Source of the DNA: Eledone cirrhosa
Taxonomy: Eukaryota
DNA length: 64,000 nt
Direction of reading: 5' to 3'
Assembly: GCA_964016885.1 (NCBI GenBank)
Contig: OZ024742.1
Coordinates: 316,820,001 to 316,884,000 of the forward strand
Made by a program: the position numbers and the translations under genes. Shown in pieces: positions 55,817 through 64,000 of the stretch. The first letter of the stretch is position 1. Every line of letters begins with the position of its first letter. Below the pieces are notes generated by a model, which was not told the origin of the DNA, did no database searches, and worked only from the letters and a program-made list of their open reading frames with translations.

Positions 55817-56100
55817 TGATGTTGATGGCTGCCCCCTCATTATCAAGTATGGTCATTGCACGATATACTATTATTAATAATTAAGTTAAAGATGTACATC
55901 CATATATGTATACTGAAATACTAGTATGTATATGAATACACACACGTATACATATGTAGGTGTACCAAGTTTTTTCACTGGTCACTTTACTGTGAGTGGC
56001 CAGCTAGTCTGTATGTAAACACACAGACAAACCGGTTTTTAGAGTCATACTGGTTTTTGAGGAAACACCTCTCCTCTATTCTCCAGAAAGCCAGACAAGG

Positions 56101-56145
56101 AATATTGAACTAGTTTCGTTGTTGTTACAACTCATCAGCAATATT
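56101..56145 (-). ncRNA. Minimal type I hammerhead ribozyme (also 56568-56612, 57035-57079, 57502-57546, 57969-58013)
   Basis: Reverse complement of AATATTG-CTGATGA-GTTG TAACAA CAAC-GAAA-CTAG-TT-CAATATT. Confidence 0.9.
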
Positions 56146-58698
56146 TACCTATCTTCCGGCCTCTCTAGAGAATCGTAAAAGCACATATCGTTATATGCTT
56201 TTTCTATGAAAATTAGTAGTGGGCAGACTAATTTGCATAGAGTGTGAGTAAGTACCGGTTCAACAGAGACGATAAAAACAAATAACGAAACGAAATTAAA
56301 TTTCGTTTCGTTTGTAACTCACTTTTGTATGACTGACGCTTAAACAATTAAGTTAAAGATGTACATCCATATATGTATACTGAAATACTAGTATGTATAT
56401 GAATACACACACGTATACATATGTAGGTGTACCAAGTTTTTTCACTGGTCACTTTACTGTGAGTGGCCAGCTAGTCTGTATGTAAACACACAGACAAACC
56501 GGTTTTTAGAGTCATACTGGTTTTTGAGGAAACACCTCTCCTCTATTCTCCAGAAAGCCAGACAAGGAATATTGAACTAGTTTCGTTGTTGTTACAACTC
56601 ATCAGCAATATTTACCTATCTTCCGGCCTCTCTAGAGAATCGTAAAAGCACATATCGTTATATGCTTTTTCTATGAAAATTAGTAGTGGGCAGACTAATT
56701 TGCATAGAGTGTGAGTAAGTACCGGTTCAACAGAGACGATAAAAACAAATAACGAAACGAAATTAAATTTCGTTTCGTTTGTAACTCACTTTTGTATGAC
56801 TGACGCTTAAACAATTAAGTTAAAGATGTACATCCATATATGTATACTGAAATACTAGTATGTATATGAATACACACACGTATACATATGTAGGTGTACC
56901 AAGTTTTTTCACTGGTCACTTTACTGTGAGTGGCCAGCTAGTCTGTATGTAAACACACAGACAAACCGGTTTTTAGAGTCATACTGGTTTTTGAGGAAAC
57001 ACCTCTCCTCTATTCTCCAGAAAGCCAGACAAGGAATATTGAACTAGTTTCGTTGTTGTTACAACTCATCAGCAATATTTACCTATCTTCCGGCCTCTCT
57101 AGAGAATCGTAAAAGCACATATCGTTATATGCTTTTTCTATGAAAATTAGTAGTGGGCAGACTAATTTGCATAGAGTGTGAGTAAGTACCGGTTCAACAG
57201 AGACGATAAAAACAAATAACGAAACGAAATTAAATTTCGTTTCGTTTGTAACTCACTTTTGTATGACTGACGCTTAAACAATTAAGTTAAAGATGTACAT
57301 CCATATATGTATACTGAAATACTAGTATGTATATGAATACACACACGTATACATATGTAGGTGTACCAAGTTTTTTCACTGGTCACTTTACTGTGAGTGG
57401 CCAGCTAGTCTGTATGTAAACACACAGACAAACCGGTTTTTAGAGTCATACTGGTTTTTGAGGAAACACCTCTCCTCTATTCTCCAGAAAGCCAGACAAG
57501 GAATATTGAACTAGTTTCGTTGTTGTTACAACTCATCAGCAATATTTACCTATCTTCCGGCCTCTCTAGAGAATCGTAAAAGCACATATCGTTATATGCT
57601 TTTTCTATGAAAATTAGTAGTGGGCAGACGAATTTGCATAGAGTGTGAGTAAGTACCGGTTCAACAGAGACGATAAAAACAAATAACGAAACGAAATTAA
57701 ATTTCGTTTCGTTTGTAACTCACTTTTGTATGACTGACGCTTAAACAATTAAGTTAAAGATGTACATCCATATATGTATACTGAAATACTAGTATGTATA
57801 TGAATACACACACGTATACATATGTAGGTGTACCAAGTTTTTTCACTGGTCACTTTACTGTGAGTGGCCGGCTAGTCTGTATGTAAACACACAGACAAAC
57901 CGGTTTTTAGAGTCATACTGGTTTTTGAGGAAACACCTCTCCTCTATTCTCCAGAAAGCCAGACAAGGAATATTGAACTAGTTTCGTTGTTGTTACAACT
58001 CATCAGCAATATTTACCTATCTTCCGGCCTCTCTAGAGAATCGTAAAAGCACATATCGTTATATGCTTTTTCTATGAAAATTAGTAGTGGGCAGACGAAT
58101 TTGCATAGAGTGTGAGTAAGTACCGGTTCAACAGAGACGATAAAAACAAATAACGAAACGAAATTAAATTTCGTTTCGTTTGTAACTCACTTTTGTATGA
58201 CTGACGCTTAAACAATTAAGTTAAAGATGTACATCCATATATGTATACTGAAATACTAGTATGTATATGAATACACACACGTATACATATGTAGGTGTAC
58301 CAAGTTTTTTCACTGGTCACTTTACTGTGAGTGGCCGGCTAGTCTGTATGTAAACACACAGACAAACCGGTTTTTAGAGTCATACTGGTTTTTGACCAGT
58401 GAAAAAACTTGGTACACCTACATATGTATACGTGTGTGTATTCATATACATACTAGTATTTCAGTATACATATATGGATGTACATCTTTAACTTAATTGT
58501 TTAAGCGTCAGTCATACAAAAGTGAGTTACAAACGAAACGAAATTTAATTTCGTTTCGTTATTTGTTTTTATCGTCTCTGTTGAACCGGTACTTACTCAC
58601 ACTCTATGCAAATTAGTCTGCCCACTACTAATTTTCATAGAAAAAGCATATAACGATATGTGCTTTTACGATTCTCTAGAGAGGCCGGAAGATAGGTA

Positions 58699-58743
58699 AA
58701 TATTGCTGATGAGTTGTAACAACAACGAAACTAGTTCAATATT
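58699..58743 (+). ncRNA. Minimal type I hammerhead ribozyme (also 59166-59210, 59633-59677, 60100-60144)
   Basis: Stem I AATATTG/CAATATT; CUGAUGA; stem II GTTG/CAAC; GAAA; palindromic stem III ACTAGT; GUU triplet (cut after 58736). Confidence 0.92.
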
Positions 58744-60499
58744 CCTTGTCTGGCTTTCTGGAGAATAGAGGAGAGGTGTTTCCTCAAAAACCAGTATGAC
58801 TCTAAAAACCGGTTTGTCTGTGTGTTTACATACAGACTAGCTGGCCACTCACAGTAAAGTGACCAGTGAAAAAACTTGGTACACCTACATATGTATACGT
58901 GTGTGTATTCATATACATACTAGTATTTCAGTATACATATATGGATGTACATCTTTAACTTAATTGTTTAAGCGTCAGTCATACAAAAGTGAGTTACAAA
59001 CGAAACGAAATTTAATTTCGTTTCGTTATTTGTTTTTATCGTCTCTGTTGAACCGGTACTTACTCACACTCTATGCAAATTAGTCTGCCCACTACTAATT
59101 TTCATAGAAAAAGCATATAACGATATGTGCTTTTACGATTCTCTAGAGAGGCCGGAAGATAGGTAAATATTGCTGATGAGTTGTAACAACAACGAAACTA
59201 GTTCAATATTCCTTGTCTGGCTTTCTGGAGAATAGAGGAGAGGTGTTTCCTCAAAAACCAGTATGACTCTAAAAACCGGTTTGTCTGTGTGTTTACATAC
59301 AGACTAGCTGGCCACTCACAGTAAAGTGACCAGTGAAAAAACTTGGTACACCTACATATGTATACGTGTGTGTATTCATATACATACTAGTATTTCAGTA
59401 TACATATATGGATGTACATCTTTAACTTAATTGTTTAAGCGTCAGTCATACAAAAGTGAGTTACAAACGAAACGAAATTTAATTTCGTTTCGTTATTTGT
59501 TTTTATCGTCTCTGTTGAACCGGTACTTACTCACACTCTATGCAAATTAGTCTGCCCACTACTAATTTTCATAGAAAAAGCATATAACGATATGTGCTTT
59601 TACGATTCTCTAGAGAGGCCGGAAGATAGGTAAATATTGCTGATGAGTTGTAACAACAACGAAACTAGTTCAATATTCCTTGTCTGGCTTTCTGGAGAAT
59701 AGAGGAGAGGTGTTTCCTCAAAAACCAGTATGACTCTAAAAACCGGTTTGTCTGTGTGTTTACATACAGACTAGCTGGCCACTCACAGTAAAGTGACCAG
59801 TGAAAAAACTTGGTACACCTACATATGTATACGTGTGTGTATTCATATACATACTAGTATTTCAGTATACATATATGGATGTACATCTTTAACTTAATTG
59901 TTTAAGCGTCAGTCATACAAAAGTGAGTTACAAACGAAACGAAATTTAATTTCGTTTCGTTATTTGTTTTTATCGTCTCTGTTGAACCGGTACTTACTCA
60001 CACTCTATGCAAATTAGTCTGCCCACTACTAATTTTCATAGAAAAAGCATATAACGATATGTGCTTTTACGATTCTCTAGAGAGGCCGGAAGATAGGTAA
60101 ATATTGCTGATGAGTTGTAACAACAACGAAACTAGTTCAATATTCCTTGTCTGGCTTTCTGGAGAATAGAGGAGAGGTGTTTCCTCAAAAACCAGTATGA
60201 CTCTAAAAACCGGTTTGTCTGTGTGTTTACATACAGACTAGCTGGCCACTCACAGTAAAGTGACCAGTGAAAAAACTTGGTACACCTACATATGTATACG
60301 TGTGTGTATTCATATACATACTAGTATTTCAGTATACATATATGGATGTACATCTTTAACTTAATTGTTTAAGCGTCAGTCATACAAAAGTGAGTTACAA
60401 ACGAAACGAAATTTAATTTCGTTTCGTTATTTGTTTCTATTATTAATAATTATTGATTAATTCTATCGTGCAATGCCTGTGCGTGAAGATTTTTTTTAA

Positions 60500-60730
60500 A
60501 GTGAGGAAAGACTGTGCACTGAGCCAATCCCACTCTCTGGGCGACAGTAGATATAACCAGAAAAGAAGAAAAGATCAGCATCATCGGTAACTACTGAGCC
60601 GCAGGTTTTAAGTCGGTGTTATCCCAGTTTCCTGAGTTGCCTTCTCCTAGAAGAATGCCCTGACCAAGGCTAGGGGTCCTTCACTCCCAGTGGTTTAACC
60701 GCGCGATCGGGTATCCAGCACAATTATCAG
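60500..60730 (-). mobile_element. Fragment with RTE-type 5'UTR motif
   Basis: Minus strand CCCCTAGCCTTGGTCAGGGCATTCTTCTAGGAGAAGGCAACTCAG resembles the motif in the 600-bp non-autonomous element. Confidence 0.55.
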
Positions 60731-60945
60731 ATTTGCTCAAGCAAATTTTTCCACACTCAAGGCACTTCAATTCAATGGAGACACCGATCGTTTCGAGAGA
60801 TACACCACGGCATTGCTTACACACATCCCGTTTGATCTTCACGTGCTCTATGCGTCTGTCCTCAAAATTATGGACCCCATCTTTCACCATTCCACGCCAA
60901 GTTTCTCTTTCAAGAGCTTCTATCTCCCAGTCAGCCATCATCAAA
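60731..60945 (-). pseudogene. RTE LINE C-terminal coding fragment
   Basis: DWEIEALERETWRGMVKDGVHNFEDRR...KCLECGKICLSKS aligns by eye with the RTE C-terminus at 39050-39290. Confidence 0.7.
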
Positions 60946-61097
60946 CCAGTTTTTTCAATGATTCCTTTATACAATCCAACTAGTGACAAGTAAATATATA
61001 TATTTATTTCTATGTCCCCGCGCATATACATACACATGCATACATATATATACATATATGCATACATACATACATGGTGGCTGCCAACTCGTTTTCG

Positions 61098-62387
61098 TTT
61101 TCACAAAGTTTTACCAATAGAGAGAGAGTCGGTTCCTAACATAGACACAAGACTCTCTCATTGGAATTTACACACTAGGTAGATTATGTATGCATGCATG
61201 CATGTGTAGATATCGATGTTATTGTATGTGTGGATGTGTATGTTTTGAGTTGTATGTATGCATGTGTATATGCTTTGTATCTGTACATGTGTATATGCAG
61301 TTATTAGATGCAACATTTTTGGAATGTTTTACATTTATTTTATTGTTCCATTAATGGATTGTACTTGTAATTTCCTAACTAGTTGTGTTCTTTCTGTTCC
61401 TGTGAAGCCTAGCTTCTCAAGATTTGTATTGAGGCAGTTACTAACATATCCCAGTGCCCCAATAGTCACAGGCATAAATCTGAAGGTGTAATCAGGGTGG
61501 AGTATCTGCAAATTTCTCATCAGTTCTGCATAAATATTCTCCTTTTCACTAATCTTTGATATTATATTGACATCTGCTGGGCAGCTAATTTCCACTACTG
61601 TGCATGCTTTCTTCTCCCTGTCCCATATCATAATATCTGGTCTGTTATGCCTGCATTTTATTGGGGTTTTTACTGGAATATTCCACCAGTACTCTTTCAT
61701 ATTATGTACATGGATATATTCCACATTGTTGTAGCTTTTAATGTGTTTATTATAGGGGCTATCCTTTTTACGAACTGCACTGTACAGTGTTTTGGCCACT
61801 ACATCATGCCTCATAGGTAATAGTACCGCGATGACATCTTTGGACAGCTGCTGATGACATGGGTGATATCCTCGATGTTAGTTCTGCATAGTCTGCACTT
61901 GTTATCACATCTAGGTATTTTTGCCTGCATCCCTATCTCTTTTGTGAATCAGGTATTTCGTGCTAATCTCCTGTTCCTGGATTGCAAAAGCGTATCCTTC
62001 AAAGTGGGAGCCAATATAGCGGTTGTTAGTCCAAGATAGACTACTTTTCTTTTCTATATTACTCTCACTCTGGAGCTTGCTGGCAACATATCCATGCATG
62101 ACTTTTTGCTGATAGGCATGCAGTTTTTCATCCATGGATTCACAGCGATACTGCTGAGCGACATCCCTGGGTGTGAGTTTTTGATTATCACACAGGGAAT
62201 ATCTTTCGAGAAGTTCCTTCCCAACTCTCATGATCTTATCTGTTTCATGCAGATAGACTTGCTCGAGAAACGGGCTCCTACGCTTCGAGGTTCGTAGATG
62301 TTGTCGGAGAGATAAGATGCGACATTCAAATGTTGTCTGGACTGATGTTAGGCCTCTGCCTCGCTGCTTACGTTTCAAGTAAAGGCG
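61098..62387 (-). mobile_element. 5'-truncated R4/Dong-like LINE (restriction-like endonuclease), frameshifted
   Basis: RLYLKRKQRGRGL, MHG, EGYAFAIQEQEIST, CRLC....EDITHVISSC, RHD, HNRPD...VEISCP, IGALG. Confidence 0.85.
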
Positions 62388-62391
62388 GTAT

Positions 62392-63038
62392 GAATGTATG
62401 TATGTTCTTCTGGTTTTATAATTTCACAACGTTTTACCAATAGAGAGTCGGTTTCTAACATAGACACAAGACTCTCTCATTGGAATTTACACAACATCAA
62501 CTAGGTAGATATGTATGTATGTCTGCATTCATGCATGTGTAGATATGGATGTTATTGTATGTGTGGATGTGTATGTTTTGAGTTGTATGTGTTCATGTGT
62601 ATATGCTTTGTATCTGTACATGTGTATATGCAGTTATTAGATGCAACATTTTTGGAATGTTTTACATATTTTTACTGTTCCATTAATGGATTGTACTTGT
62701 AATTTCCTAACTAGTTGTGTTCTTTCTGTTCCTGTGAAGCCTAGCTTCTCAAGATTTGTATTGAGGCAGTTACTAACATATCCCAGTGCCCCAATAATCA
62801 CAGGCATAAATCTCAAGGTGTAATCAGGGTGGAGTATCTGCAGATTTCTCATCAGTTCTGCATAAATATTCTCCTTTTCACTAATCTTTGTTATTATATT
62901 GGCATCTGCTGGGCAGCTAATTTCCACTACTGTGCATGTTATCTTCTCCCTGTCCCATATCATATCTGGTCTGTTATGCCTGCATTTTATTGGGGTTTTT
63001 ACTGGAACATTCCACCAGTACTCTTTCATATTATGTAC
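62392..63038 (-). mobile_element. Second 5'-truncated R4/Dong-like LINE copy, (CATA)n tail, stacked head-to-tail
   Basis: KEYWWNVPVKTPIKCRHNRPD...VEISCP...KTFQKCCI* plus the 3'UTR. Confidence 0.85.
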
Positions 63039-63120
63039 GTATGTATGTATGTATGTATGTATGTATGTATGTATGTATGTATGTATGTATGTATGTATGT
63101 ATGTATGTATGTATGTATGT
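63039..63120. repeat. (TATG)n microsatellite
   Basis: Direct observation. Confidence 0.95.
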
Positions 63121-63745
63121 CAGGTCACCAGTTGGTGCTACTGGTAACATGTATCCCAGTACAACCTGTCTCATGGTCGGGTCGTTGGCGACTAAACTGG
63201 CAACCTCACCAAGGTTTCTTGGTGAGGAGGGTGACTTTGGACATCCTGCAGGACTAAAGACAAAACCTGTCAAAGGGCAAAAGAGCTCTTAAGAGTCAAT
63301 GGCCATCCAAAATAACCGGGAGAGATGACCCCTTAGCCTTTGTCAAGGCAGAATTCTAGGAGAAGGAAAACTCTGATATAACACCTGCAACTCTGATGGT
63401 ATCCAATGATGTTGACTTGTTCTTCTTTTTGGTAAATATCATCTTGGTTAAGAGAGTGGGACTGGCTTGTGCAGTGCCTTTGCTCACTATAAAAGCTTCA
63501 CGCCACAGGCATTGCTTTATATCTGGAGATCTCTCTGCACTTGTCGTCACATGGTACCATGGGCCCAGCACTATGTGTCAATAATTGTCGCAAGTGTAGT
63601 GTTTGTACCAGAGTTTTCAAGTCGCTGGCTGGACTAAAAAGTCACACTCGTTCAGCGCATCGGTAGGGGTTCTCCTACATGGATATAAAGTAGTGGCCGT
63701 ACTCGAAAACGAGTTGGCAGCTACCATGTATCTATGTATGTATGG
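63121..63745 (+). mobile_element. ~600-bp non-autonomous bipartite RTE derivative, copy 2
   Basis: Collinear with 39379-39978; begins right after (TATG)n and ends in a degenerate TATG tail. Confidence 0.8.
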
Positions 63746-63784
63746 ATGCATACATGTATATATATGTATGCATGTGTATGTATA

Positions 63785-64000
63785 TGCGCGGGGACATAGA
63801 AATAAATATATATATATATATTTACTTGTCACTAGTTGGTTGTTTTTTCTATTTGTGTGTGTCTGATTTGTTTTGTTAGTTTGGGTTTTGTGTGTGTCTG
63901 TATGTCTATATTTTGTCCTTAATTACTAGTTGCAATGATACTATTCCACTCATGTTTTTCTATTTAATTTTGATTGGAGTTCGTTTATGTTTGTCGCCTC
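63785..64000 (-). mobile_element. 3' end of another Penelope-like element running off the window
   Basis: Minus strand reads EATNINELQSKLNRK/(frameshift)HEWNS, like EASEIEIRRPKLNRKNEWNN of the PLE at 48.8 kb, followed by an A/C-rich 3' region. Confidence 0.55.

Larger units (their letters stand above)
55879..60436. repeat. Palindromic tandem array of a 467-bp hammerhead-containing unit (retrozyme-like); ~5.4 units then ~4.4 inverted units, junction 58393-58395, 16-bp TSD
   Basis: GATGTACATCC at 55891, 56358, 56825, 57292, 57759 and 58226. Inversion at a TGA microhomology. CTATTATTAATAATTA at 55868-55883 and 60437-60452. Confidence 0.95.

Noticed and set aside
46223-55884. Short ORFs rich in YI, HT, CV, SL or ER repeats
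   Set aside because: They are translations of microsatellites and AT-rich intergenic DNA.
40955-60436. Regular arrays as CRISPR or plain satellite DNA
   Set aside because: There are no unique spacers or cas genes and the context is eukaryotic. Hammerhead cores, the TSD and the palindromic form argue against simple satellite.
63121-63200. HDV-like ribozyme at the 5' end of the non-autonomous RTE derivative (GGG-hairpin-CTAA-ACTGG)
   Set aside because: P2 and P4-like parts are visible but there is no P1 3' strand between P3 and P1.1, so it is not supportable by eye.

Overview
Eukaryotic, repeat-dominated DNA with no supported host protein-coding gene. The SINE types, microsatellites and LINE families suggest a mollusc, probably an octopus (inference). 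Bases 1-35952 are a head-to-tail array of six near-identical ~6.06-kb Tx1-clade LINEs (ORF1 with CCHC knuckle; ORF2 APE-RT-CCHC), joined directly through their (ATT)n tails. Copy 1 runs off the left edge, copies 4 and 5 share a nonsense mutation, and the copies are recombinant mosaics. The array abuts a decayed RTE LINE and a non-autonomous partner. Bases 40-64 kb hold SINEs, R4/Dong-like and mariner fragments and three large fold-back palindromes of the same divergent polarity: (i) a 310-bp tandem array, (ii) a 5'-truncated Penelope-like GIY-YIG element, and (iii) a 467-bp tandem array bounded by a 16-bp target-site duplication. Every complete 310-bp and 467-bp unit carries a minimal type I hammerhead ribozyme with a palindromic stem III, so these are retrozyme-like arrays. 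After removing one apparent later unit duplication in each array, the two arms are almost equal in length. This points to a rolling-circle plus fold-back integration route, probably driven by Penelope-like elements, and is the best candidate for an undescribed system here.
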